Assembly: GCF_023055435.1 (NCBI RefSeq)
Contig: NW_025963891.1
Coordinates: 9,982,001 to 10,046,000 of the forward strand
DNA: 64,000 nucleotides
Direction of reading: 5' to 3'
From: Haliotis rufescens
Taxonomy: Eukaryota
The stretch's first letter is position 1, and every line of letters begins with the position of its first letter. The notes beneath the pieces are model-generated. The model was given only the letters and a program-made list of their open reading frames with translations. It searched no databases and was not told the origin of the DNA. Position numbers and translations under genes: made by a program. Positions 24,685 through 38,568 of the stretch are shown here, one piece after another.

Positions 24685-27600
24685 CTCAAGCTAGGGTGAC
24701 AGCATGTGCAACTCGACACTAATTAATTTTCCCATATGTCTTTTAATGGGTGCGTTTGGCAATTTTGAAGAGATCATTACCCTTTTTAATTGGTGCTAAT
24801 AAAGCCAATTGCCTGGTTAAAAGTGTCTGACATGTAACATTGATATAGTCAACATGCCTATTCCAATATGCTTAACAACATGTGGAATTGATATATTCAA
24901 TTTCAATATGTTTCGCAATAGCCATCATGTGTATATCGATATTGGCACACCTTTACATTATATGCTTCATAATTTATTTTTAATGAATCAGTTTCTTGTC
25001 GTGATGAATAACAATACTATTTATTGCCACGGATATAATGTCGGCGGTCGTATTTTAAGAGTAAGGTAATGTGTAATGTGTTCAATTCTGATTTGGAAGC
25101 TGCGATAATGAGAGACTTTAGAAATTTAACAGAATTCAAAACATCTATGACAGAGAATAATCAGTTTCACATTTCTACCGAAAACATAAGGTGTAAAAGG
25201 TAAAATAATGATGAATATTACATGTATGCAATCGAGTATAGACCAGACACTCCAGTGATTGATATTATGAGCAGTTATCCACGTCGTCAGGGTACGACGG
25301 GAGGCTGTCAACCAAGACAACAAGCCTGACCATCCGTCCCCATTAAAGTAAGTGCCAGGAGATGTGAGATTTTCTACTTTAAAATGTATTGTATTTCATC
25401 CTTACCTAATCTGAAAGTACTATGTTTTTACTCTGACGATTGCAAACTATGACGTCATCATAAGGAGAAATGACAAAGTTCAGCTTTTCTTGTTTGAAGA
25501 TGTTCACGATTGAATATGCCTGTGAGATAACAGAACATTAAGCCCCACTGCCAATTAGATGTACACATATCAAAATGGCATTACATTTTGAAAGAAATAG
25601 CCGAATAATGGACATAAATTTCAGATTTCAGCGTTGTCAGAGTTGAAAGATCAAATAAAGGTCAGAACCTTATACATGGCAAAACGGAACACACATGTTG
25701 AACCCCACTACTAACTACATACATACCAATTTCGTTTGAGTAATAACCAGAAATAGGTTTTCCAATATGATTTGCGTAGTGGCCATATTGAAATCGGATT
25801 TCAACCTTTCCTTTAGATTCAGGTGGCATCATTTGTTGGAAGTTTCAACTTCATTTGCACAGTGGATTCTGAAGAAATTATGTTTGTATTGGTAGGAAAT
25901 GCAATTTGAGAGAATTTGGGAGCATGGTCAAAAGGATGAAAACATATATTATTATTAAAAAAGGAACACATATATGTTGAGTCCTGCAACCTTGTTGAGT
26001 ACCATGTTTTATTACATTTTGTCCAGATTTCCCACAAGCCCTTACAGCTTTCATTGTAGTCAGCCCAAGATGGAAACAAATACAACAACTCGCACACAAA
26101 AAAAAGGAAGTTTATGTCGATGCGCCCTACTACCAGCTTCCCATGCACCATCATTCATTCCATTTTAAACATAATGGCTAACTGACGATATAACGCATGG
26201 CGCATGACGGACAAACACTCCTCTGTTTAAAATATGTCGCAAATATCCAACCATTCACGTGAACTACGTCCTAGGCGTCTTTATTATTGTGTGTATAGCG
26301 AGGATTGTATATACGGAAATGGGCGGAGATGATTTCATTTACCAAACTGTTATTCTTGCACTTTTGACTTACAGTAATGTAACGTTTCGAGATCAAACTG
26401 AGCATCGCTTCATGTCGTTCTAAATGCTTCTTATGCTGGGCCAACAGATAAGGTTGGACAGCACTGACACTGATACTATCTGGAAACTGTTAATTCTATT
26501 CCTTGTTGTTTCAATATCATAATTGTATCGTGAAAGACTTAAATATGAATTTATTACATGATGTTTATTATCATTTAATTTAATTCACTACAGAACGCCT
26601 TCATTGTTCTTGAAATGACGTTTAACCAAAGTGGTCAACGTGTGACACATGAATCACTTTGGGCTTTCTTCCCACATCAAACTGACACTCCTTGTGGATC
26701 GATGCTCATGATGTCAATCACTGGATTGTCTGGTCCAGACGCGATTGTTTAGAGACTGCCATCATACAGCTGGAATAATGCTGAGTGCGGAGTTACACAA
26801 CAAACAAACAAAAAACAGAGTCATCGCGAAAAACACTTAAGTTGGTGTGTAATAAAAAACATCAATCACGAATCATAAGGACGAACTTCTGAAATGCTGA
26901 AAACTCCTGCGCTTCTCAATAACTCTTTTATCTATTAGTGTGAATTCATATTTCTCCCTGGATGTTTTATCTTAAACTGCCTGAATACTTTGCGTTCATG
27001 CCAACATCCTTTCCTACAGTGTACGTGATCACTGTTGGGTGACCAACGCAACAGAAAATGTCTTTCCACTAATGCAAACGTAACTGCCATATACACTTTA
27101 ATAGAATAGAGCAACAAAAACATGTATGTGATCTAGATTTCAAGTGTGGATGTGCAAGTGACGGTGGTTCAGAGTGTGAGTTGTGGTGGTGGTGGTGGTG
27201 GTGGTTGTTGTTGTTGTGGTTGTTGTTGTTATTGTTGTTGTTTAACGCCGGTCTGTAAATAATTTAGTCTGGGCCAGACAATCTAGTGATTTGTATCATG
27301 AACATCGATCCACTTAATGTGGGATACGATATGACGCATCAACCAAGTCAGTGAGCCTGACCTCCTGATCCCGTTAGTGGCCTCTTTCGACAAGCATAGT
27401 CTCCTCTTACGACATGGGTTGCTGAAGATCTGTTCTAACCCGTATGTTCACGGCGGATTCCAAAACTATGTATATCATCGTCATATTAGTGATAGACAAT
27501 TTCCTTTAGTTGGTATGGCCTTGTGCTAGTATGGCCGTAAGCCCACTGAGATGCCATGCTGCAGTATAAAATGTCTCCCTATTCAAACAGTATACTGACT

Positions 27601-30600
27601 AAGCGGAAAAAACCCTTCGTTTATCCTCTTAATGCTAAATGCCAACAGGGTTACAACAAATATAATCTTTTAACGTATTTGGGTACGCCCCTGCAATGTT
27701 CTTGGAGAATGAGGATGTCAGCATCGATCTTCCCTTTTTGTTTGACAACCAGAGACTGTGAGGCATTAAGTGTATTTGCCTTCAGTAGCATTATTTCGAG
27801 AGTACATGATCGGTCGTTTCTGAAAAAGACATTGTATGTGATTTTTTATGCCCCTTCGTTTTTAACAGTCCATCTTTAAGAGTGTTGGTTGGGTCAACTG
27901 TGTAACAAACTATTATTCCAATGAAACCAAACACGTTTCCTTCATATCATTGCATGTGGAACACACACACCTACTTTGTTGATACCTGCATGAAATGCCT
28001 TTGTTGACTCGTGCTAGATTTGAGACTAAAGGAAACACCATTTACGGTAATTTAACTATATGCCTCGCAACGTGACTCAAGTTTCTTGAGAGAGAAACAA
28101 TGTCATGACATGGAAGAGTGTTTGCCATGATCTTTATTAACTGTACTATGACTTTAATAATGATCTTCACTCATGACGGGTTTTTTCCAGTGTGGTAGAG
28201 CATGTTCAGCCAATCACACACACCTGGTGTCGTCGCTGAAACCCTTTGTGATTAATACTTTTGAATTTGTTGCTTTCATACCTTTTTTACTTTGATTTAA
28301 ATAGTAAATGTCATAAGAAAAGGATTAACCAAGTCATAGCAGAGCGATGCTTCTTATTCATTTATATAACATTCCTACGTAAGATGAAGATTGGACAATT
28401 ATTGTTGTGTATAACTTTATATATGGATTCTCAGATACAGACTCAAAGGAGATTAATACAGAAAAAATGTATATCGAAACGTTTACGCATACGAATTACC
28501 AACGGATAGAGATGCTTGATAGACTGTTTACATTGAATTTGATTTCTTTCTTTTGTTATATCTGCTCTTTGTGTCTCTGACAATATTTAACCGTAATCTT
28601 ATAAAGTGTATGCTCTGCTCAAGTGTCGCAGTCATAATCTTTAAGCGAACCCTGTCCTCACACTTATATAGTTTAGGACAACTCGTTATACATTATATGA
28701 ATTTATGCAAGAATATGTGATTTGTGTTATATCCAGATAAAACATGATTTAACATTAACATTTAGGACAACTCGTTGTACATCATATGAATTTATGCAAG
28801 AATAAGTGATTTGTGTTACATATGTGTATACATATGCGTCTTTGCAGGAAGGGGGTGCCTCATTAGGTAACATCAGGGGTCACTGGAGGAACGGTGGCCC
28901 ATACCCGCCACTGGTGAGATCATTTCCCCCTGTATGCCTCTACATTTTATCTCGCGGCCACCAGATACTTCCACTGGTGAGATAAAATATAGAGGTATAC
29001 AGGGGAAAATGATCTCACCAGTGGAAGTATCTGGCGGCCGCCAGACAAAATATAGACGCATACAGTGAAAAATGATCTCACCAGTGGCGGGTCTGGACCA
29101 CCGTACTGGAGTCGTTATCATGGACTCAACTTTTTTTCACAAACGAATAAATATATAGACGAATACAATGCTATTTTTGGAAACGTTGACAATCAAAGTC
29201 CGATTCATTCACGTTACATCCGCAAGACGCTGAAAAGGATACGCCTCCAGTTGAATATGTCAGGCTTGGATATTAGGATATTAAAGTTATTATCTTTCTG
29301 TCAATATTGCACTGGATTATAATAGTTTCCAAGATTTGTAACGTTTAATATACATAAATGATTATCTTTATTGCGCTGTTTAACGGTGATTCAGAACCCG
29401 TGGTATTTCATTAACAGCTGAAAACAGAATTCCCTCTTTGTTCAGTCATGGTTGAATATGTATAGCCAGAATACTGAAAGCGTTTACTGAAATATCAGTA
29501 GAATATACGAATGTGGTATAGATGTCTTAGAAAGATCAAGGGATTTTTTTTAGCCTTAGCATGTGTCCATATCTTTTGCAAAAAATCCAGTCAACAATAC
29601 ATCGGATGGCTTCCCTTTAACATTCTCTGGACATAACGTGTATAGAGTGCACATAGACTGGTAACGAGGACTGGCACCCAAAATTAATAGAATGGGATAA
29701 AATGCTTGTATTGTCTGTAATGTGCAGGGAGTGAGACAGCCTCATCTGTTTCATCTTATCAAAACTGATCCTCAGATGCAATTCCCAATTGCGAATTGGG
29801 CCAAATGTTCCCGTTTTTCTTCAGGTGAATATCTGGCATGTGTTTGTCGCGGGTAGAACGGATTCAGAAGGATATGCTGCATTAACGTATGTCACTAAAT
29901 GTACGGGGTGATAAATATTACATTCCAAATCACTTCCCTCGTATTGAGTGACACCCCATTGCTTTTCCGTAGTGCATTACCCAGCAGCCACAAAACATTG
30001 TTCTGTTGAAATTTGGTTGATCTGAGGCTGCTACGTTCAAAAACATTGTATTGACATTGTTTCAACATTGGCCTTTCGATAGTTGAAAACATGTTGAATC
30101 TGATATTGTTTCAACATTGAAGAGTAATCTAAAAACGATGATATCTCAGAAAACAATGAATTCTGCAATACTTAATTAAAAATTTATATTTTTTGTCGTT
30201 GGAATCAATATATCTAGACTCTAGATTGTATGTTTTGTACCACATAATGATGATATAAAGACGTATTACATATCATAAATATAGATAAACATTTGGTTTA
30301 ACAATGCTAATACAGATATTTTATATACTTTCGTGAGACATAGAAAGTATTACCGACATACAGTGATTTACTTTACCGAAACTGCCAGGACATCTCGCAT
30401 TTCAACTGAACATTCCGGCGTGTATTTGGACATTGTAACCTCAGATAATTTAACCATAGAACGACCGAGTGATGTCAAATGAAACAAACATGCACACTGT
30501 ATGAACGCGCGATTTTTTTCCAAACAAAGGAGGTGATGCTGGTATATGACAGATCAAAAGTGACACTGGATTCTCTCAAAATGCAGCATTCCACCCATAT

Positions 30601-31131
30601 TAACCAAGTAGAAAAACGGCGTATGATATGGCGACACTGGCATGCCCCCAACACAATATGAGTCCTGGCAAGGGTCCTCTAGTATCCAGGAAGGTGCAAC
30701 CCTTATTGGAGTAGACTTTTGGAGTCCATTTGACCTGTTTATATTGTCTTTTTTAGATGTATGTGTCAGTGCAACCAATATCCATCCAATACCCAACCAA
30801 AAATCAACAATATTTCAACATTGATATCTGATGTCCATTCAACGTCAATATTTCAAATCCAATCAAAGATCAATGTCATTTCAACGTTGAAGGACGGCAT
30901 TGATTCAACATTAATTCAACATTATTGTGACTGCTGGGTTAATTACAATTTGCAATTCGCTATTGTTTCAAATGTATGCTGCACCACATAAGTGGTATCC
31001 AAAATGTCCACTAAAGAGAAAAAAGACACTTGTCGATCATTTACTCCAATTAGTTTATTTTTTAAAGAGACACATATACAAACAACTACTATGCTAATTC
31101 TAGTAGACGTTGATAATCTGGTCGATTCAAG

Positions 31132-31979
31132 TTACATCCGCCTCAAGAACAGATTCTGAAAAATAGATAAGTCTTTAGTTGAGTCATGCAAGTGAATCAG
31201 TGCAAAAATGTATTACGTCATTGTAAACTTCTATAACTTAATATACAATAGCATAGGTCAGGATTGAGATAAAATTCATTCACAAGAAATATCATATTTA
31301 AGATAGTTCCTGATGATAAAGGCATTTTGTAAATGTGTTTATTGCTTTGATATGGCTCGAAGGGATTGATGCATACCTTGCTTAATGGTGATTCATAACT
31401 TGTAGACTTAACTATTTCATTAATATCTGAAAAAATAAAAATGACATCAATTGCAGGACAAACTATCATATCAAACCATTTCCTAAATATGTAGTCATAG
31501 TTCAATATGTCTAGTCATATGATGACAAACTTGATTCCTGTAGTCTGAGACATTGATAATGGATAGCATGATTGTTTGGCGTTAACATCACATAAAAGCA
31601 TTTATTGGGAGAAATGCTTTTATTCAGATCAATTGTCTGTATGATTATAATACAATTTTCTATATTTCTAATGTTTTTTATCTTGTTCTTACAATGCTAC
31701 CTTTTGAAGGAAGTCTGTCACCAGTGCAGTAGATGGCTTCCCTTTAACATTCTCTGGGCATAATGTGGCGAGAGTGCAAAGGCCCTCGGGATCCTAAAGC
31801 ATGAAAAAACGGTGGACTGCTCATGACGACTGGCATCAAGATTACAACATTTAAAAATACTTCAGATTAAAAAAGAATAAAATAATATACTAATCTGTCT
31901 AACTGTACAATAGACCGAAATGTCAAACACACGCACGCACGCACGCACGCACGCATTCACACACACACATACACACACA

Positions 31980-32018
<39 letters not shown>

Positions 32019-35000
32019 CACCTTTCAAAACATACAAATGATTTCTATAATTTTAATCTTTTTGTATTTGGAATATCTACTGATGGAAATGTTTTAAGTA
32101 ACATGTAGTTGTACCTCGAATTAGAAGTTGACAATTTGTTCATTTAAGCCCATGATAAAGTCATGATACCTGTGATATCCAATTCTTATATGAATGGAAT
32201 CGATAAACTGTAAAACGTTTTTCTTACCGCGTTTTCAACAATGTAATCCAGAACCCCGGGTATCAGAGCACGGACCTCAGCAGTACACTAAAACAAAGTA
32301 AAGAAGTCAGCAGTTGAATATTGTTTTAAAACAACTTTAACAACTACGTTGTGCATTATCAAATTAATTGGCATTCGCTACACATGCATTTATACGTGTT
32401 ATGGAAGTCTTGCATCATTTCGTTTCACAGCAAGTTATTTCTAAGAAGACAAAAGAAATAATGCAAACCAATATGTGTGGCTGAAACAATATGTGTGTCC
32501 AGGTATCATGTAGCCACTGTATGTTTAAGAAGAAGCAACAACAAGTTTATTCAGGGACTACAACGATCTTAGCTGCTTAAGATTGGTCCGGACCAATTGT
32601 AAGTTTCGATTGTAACTTACAATGATCTTAGCCTACAATCGTTTTGTGCAAGTGGACGACGATTGTACCCGAAGCCAAAGATCGCGATCTTAAGGATTTA
32701 TAATAATTGTAGCGCTAAGATCGCTTTGTGCAAGTGGAACCAGGTATGCTATAGCCACTGTATGTTTAAGAAGAAGCAACAACATTAACATGATAGTCAA
32801 TGTGTTTGACTGAAATACGTATTTCAATAGTAAGAAGAGTGGAACATAAGAACAAATAGGTAAACACTTACGACTTCCTCCAGAAAATAAGCAGAAAGTG
32901 GACTGCAAATTACATGGTCGAAATACGTCTCCACTTCCTCCTGCATAATACATTAGACACACTTGTCATTTAGGGCCTAATCCAACAACAACATTAGTAA
33001 TGATTGCTTATTTGAATTATACACGTTGACATGTGCCCTGTGCGATAATTGGACATGTTGTCTCGGTAACTGTTTGCGATGGTATACACAAAGTTTATCA
33101 GACCAACAACTTGTCAAGCTAATTCGATTAAAATGCAATTTATGGACAGTAAGGAGGTACAAAAACTTATTCACGCTAATTCAATATGAGCGTTTTACCT
33201 TCACTTCATCTGTGTTCAAACTCGCAATGAAACTATCAACGACTTCAATGCAGTTTGTACAAGAATCATCACCCTGGAAGAAAACAGAACCCCTTTGTGT
33301 ATGTTTTTTAATTGTACATAAGTTGGGTTTAATCACACAATGACTCGTCGACTATTGCGCATACAGAATAAACAATCACTGTTTTTAGTCAATGACAGGT
33401 ACACCAATGACTCACTCATCGAGGTCAACATAAATAGCTATACAGAGATGTGTTGTGAGTATCTCTTAAACCCTGATCTATGTTTCACGGGGGTTCAAAT
33501 GTCAGATCTTTGGTTTGTCAAAAGCATCGCTGTGCCATTGGTGCTAATTACTATCTGTGACATTCGTCCAACTTTAATATAACTGACATACAGTTTAAAG
33601 CGGGAATAAATCCAACACATTCACACAAGTCATTACCGTTTGTACATCGGCATTTGTAACCATCTTGAAGTGATTATTAAGCTTCTCAGGACACAACATT
33701 GCCAAACTGCACAAGACCTCAGGATCCTGAAACATATAGAATTAAATATTTTAAATTTACACTTTTAGTTTCTTTATCTTACATTAATATTTATATTCTT
33801 CCTGCTCTTCAGACGATTTCTGTTTGTAGTTTATAATTACTCACTTTCACGTGTTACATACAATGATAAATAGGCCATCATGTCTCCCCTGACTTACCGC
33901 GTTCTCCACAACATACTCCAGAAGACCTGGAACAAGCCCATGAACAGCAGAGTTACACTAAAACAAGAAGATACAATGGTAAGACTCGTGACATAATGGC
34001 AATACAGTATTCCATTCATATTGTCCTAAGTACATGTAAAGCCAAAATCCTACCTCTGTCAGGCGATTAGTCTCCAAGTCATCGTTTACATATTTTTTGC
34101 ACTACCTCATTGATAACATCTATGAACAATGTTGGGGAAATATTTTAGGAAAGAAGTAGGCATTCCCAAAGGCACCAATTGTGAGCCCCTTCTTGCTGAT
34201 GTGTTTCTTTATGCATATGAATCAGTGAGTGAGTGAGTGAGTGAGTGAGTGAGTTCGGTTTAACATCGCTTTTAACATTATTCCAGTTATATCACGGCGT
34301 GTCAGCTTAATCCGGGAGGAAAGCTCGAAGTGATGTAGGTCTCAGACGTTTACTACTTCGGTGAAACCCACGAGCACGGGTATGGTGCTGACAAATCTAG
34401 AAATCTGATCGGGACGAGCCGGGATTCGAACCTTCATTCATAGGTTTCTGGCGTGCCCAAGGGACGCATCTCTGCACATCGAATCGCGGCGACTTCGACG
34501 ATTGGGCCACCCGACTACTTTTTTCAGAGATTTCTTATGAATATGGAAAGAGTTTTTCTTGGCATAAGTCTACTATTTCATGGTTCAACAATTTCCATTC
34601 TACCATCATCACAACATTTACTTACAGTTTCTGTGAGGAGGTATGAGGATAGATGAGAACATATTTCATCCTTTAGGAATTGTTCTACCATCTCCTGAAA
34701 TACAAACAAAGTTGCCCTTAAGCTGCCCACATTGTACCGAGGTAGGGATTCGGACGGCGAACGCGTTAACCTCTAGCCTTCCACCTTTTTAGACGTTTTC
34801 TCGTTAGTGAATCTAACTGAACTCGTTTTCATAGTTGAACTAAATTCGTGTTCATGCTTTATCATGGAAGGATTCAACGGCTGCACAATTATTACTTTAT
34901 TCCCTTCTCATCAAACCCCGTCATCAACGTAGGCAATTGTGAAATTGGAAAAGGGAAGAAGTTCCTTTTCATATGTCTTGCAAGTTGATGTGCCTTTCCG

Positions 35001-35728
35001 AGATTATTTCACTGCAAGTCCCACAAGCCACGTGGCGAACAATGGATCGACGTCAGCGATTCGAATCTACAATCGTCAGATTTACAAAGCAAACATCGCC
35101 TCTATAGAAGACTTTTGAAACCCATGCTCCCGTATTTCGAGGCAATGCAGTAATATACAACTACAAGTCATTTTATTAAATGCCAATAAATAGAGCAGTT
35201 CATTTATTTGACAAGCAGGAAGTAGGCACTGCTCAATCGATTTCTAATTTATTCAAGTACCATGACTCACCACGCCTTCATCTGTATCCAATCTGGCAAT
35301 TACCGCGTTGAGGGTTTCCTTACAGTTCGTACACGCATCGTCATCCTTTGAAATGATGCAGAAGAAACCCACTAGTATCATATCATATGTGAAACGGTTT
35401 TTTCTCTTATTAGCAGTTCATTTTGTACTGCACACTGACTTTGAAAATAGAAATAACGATTACAACACACACACGTTTATAAGTTTTGCATATATAGTTG
35501 TCAGGTGAGTAGAGAGTTTACCTCCGTTGACGATGTTCCTAGTTGTCTTATATTCCAGTTATTAGGCAGCGATATAGCTGAAACAAATATGGAGTTTATA
35601 AGTCAAATGTGTATGAGTTGGTAAAATATCCCGTGCACAAATATACAAAGGTTGACATATAATCAACCAACCAATTTACCTGACCCAACGGAGACACAAA
35701 GGGCAATAATGAGAATCGAAGTATTCAT
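31132..35728 (-). CDS. Secreted two-SapB-domain saposin-like protein, copy D, 239 aa
   Basis: Exons 35728-35680, 35577-35522, 35345-35271, 34694-34626, 33957-33898, 33726-33637, 33273-33199, 32940-32872, 32287-32228, 31793-31701, 31155-31132. Open frame, GT-AG, exon lengths identical to copy B. Confidence 0.9.
31927..32016 (+). repeat. (CACG)n(CA)n microsatellite in intron 9 (also 20868-20923, 9381-9406; N-gap at 43287-43456)
   Basis: Seen directly; length varies among units. Confidence 0.9.
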
Positions 35729-35795
35729 TTTCGGGGATGAACGTAAACACGACGTTGATGTCAAGTCAGACTGTTTGATGCAAACGCCATGGAGG

Positions 35796-35803
35796 TTTAT
35801 ATA
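35796..35803 (-). promoter_or_regulatory. TATA box of saposin-like copy D
   Basis: TATATAAA on the minus strand, 68 bp upstream of the ATG. Confidence 0.7.
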
Positions 35804-38534
35804 CTCAAGCTAGGGTGACAGCATGTGCAACTCGACACTAATTAATTTTCCCATATGTCTTTTAATGGGTGCGTTTGGCAATTTTGAAGAGATCATTACC
35901 CTTTTTAGTTGGTGCTAATAAAGCCAGTTGCCTAGTTAAAAGTGTCAGACATGTAAAATTGATATAGTCAACATGCCTATTCCAATATGCTTAACAACAT
36001 GTGGAATTGATATATTCAATTTCAATATATGTTTCGCAATAGCCATCATGTGTATATCGATATTGGCACACCTTTACATTATATGCTTCATAATTTATTT
36101 TTAATGAATCAGTTTCTTGTCGTGATGAATAACAATACTATTTATTGCCACGGACATAATGTCGGCGGTCGTATTTTAAGAGTAAGGTAATGTGTAATGT
36201 GTTCAATTCTGATTTGGAAGCTGCGATAATGAGAGACTTTAGAAATTTAACAGAATTCAAAACATCTATGACAGAGAATAATCAGTTTCACATTTCTAAC
36301 GAAAACATAAGGTGTAAAAGGTAAAATAATGATGAATATTACATGTATGCAATCGAGTATAGACCAGACACTCCAGTGATTGATATTATGAGCAGTTATC
36401 CACGTCGTCGGGGTACGACGGGAGGCTGTCAACCAAGACAACAAGCCTGACCATCCGTCCCAATTAAAGTAAGTGCCAGGAGGTGTGAGATTTTCTACTT
36501 TAAAATGTATTGTATTTCATCCTTACCTAATCTGAAAGTACTATGTTTTTACTCTGACGATTGCAAACTACGACATCATCATAAGGAGAAATGACAAAGT
36601 TCAGCTTTTCTTGTTCAAAGAAGTTCACGATTGAATATGCCTGTAACAGAACATTAAGCCCCACTACCAATTAGATGTACACATATCAAAATGGCATTAC
36701 ATTTTGAACAGAAATGGCCGAATAATGGACATAAATTTCAGATTTCAGCGTTGTCAGAGTTGAAAGATCAAATAAAGATCAGAACCTAATACATGGCAAA
36801 ACGGAACACACATGTTGAACCCCACTTCTAACTACATACATACCAAATTTCGTTTGAGTAATAGCCAGAAATAGGTTTTCCAATATGATTTTCTCGTAGT
36901 GGTGATATTGAAATCGGATTTCAACCTTTCCTTTAGATTCAGGTGGCATCATTTGTTGGAAGCTTCAACTTCATTGGTCCAGTGGATTCTGATGAAATTA
37001 TGTTTGTATTGGTAGGAAATGCAATTTGAGAGAATTTGGGAGCATGGTCAAAAGGATGAAAACATATATTATTATTATTAAAAAAAAGGAATACATCTTT
37101 GTCGAGTCCTACAGCCTTGTTGAATACCATGTTCTATTACATTTTGTCCAGATTTCCCACAAGCAGTTACAGCTTTCACTGTAGTCAGCCCAAGATGGAA
37201 ACAAATACAACAACTCGCACACAAAAAAAGGAAATTGATGTCGATGCGCCCTACTACCAGTTTCCCATGCACCATGATTCATTCCATTTTAAACATAATG
37301 GCTAACTAACGAAATAACGCATGGCGCATGACGGACAAACACTCCTCTGTTTAAAATATGTCGCAAATATCCAACCATTCACGTGAACTACGTCCTCGGC
37401 GTCTTTATTATTGTGTGTATAGCGAGGATTGTATATACGGACATGGAGACAGATGATTTCATTTACCAAACTGTTATTCTTGCACTTTTGACTTACAGCA
37501 ATGTAACGTTTCGAGATCAAAACAACATTATAAGATTTGACAGCACTGACACTGATACTATCTGGAAACTGTTAACTCTATTCCTTGTTGTTTCAATATC
37601 ATAAGTTTATCGTGAAAGACTTAAATATGAATTTATTACATGATGTTTGTTATCTTTTAATTTAATTCACTACATAACGCCTTTGTTGTTCTTGAAATGA
37701 CGTTTAACCAAAGTGGTCAACGTGTGACACATGCATTACTTTGGGCTTTCCTCCCACATCAAACTGACACTCCTTGTCGATCGATGCTCATGATGTCAAT
37801 CACTGGATTGTCTGGTCCAGACTCGATTATTTACAGACTGCCATCATACAGCCGGAATAATGCTGAGTGCGGAGTCATCGGGAAAAACACTTAAGTTGGT
37901 GTGTACTCAAATCATCAATCACGAATCATAGGGACAAACTTCTGATATGCTGAAAACGCCTGCACTTCTCAATAGTCAGTACACTATCACTAACGTGACA
38001 TTCAACGCTTGTTCGCGTGCATGACATGTCACTCCTGTTATTAGTGTGAATTCATATATTTATCTTAAACTGCCTGAATACTTTGCGTTCATGCCAACAT
38101 CATTTCCTACAGAGTACGTAATCACTGTTGGGTGACCAATGCAACAGAAAATGTCTTTCCACTTGTTGTTTAACGCCGCACTCAGGTATATTCCAGCTAT
38201 ATGACGGCGGTCTGTAAATAATTGAGTCTGGACCAGACAATCCAGTGATTAATATCATGAGCATCGATCCACCCAATTGGGATCGATGACATGTATCAAC
38301 CAAGTCAGCAAGCCTGACCACCCGATTCCGTTAGTCGCCTTTTACGAAAAGCATAGTCACCTTTTACGGCAAGCATGGGTTGCTAAAGACCTATTCTACC
38401 CCGGAATCTTCACGGAAGTCCACTAAGGCAAACGATACTGTTATATATACTTTAATAGAATAGAGCAACAAAAACATGTATGTGATCTAGATTTCAAGTG
38501 TGGATGTGCAAGTGACGGTGGCTCAGAGTGTGAG

Positions 38535-38568
<34 letters not shown>

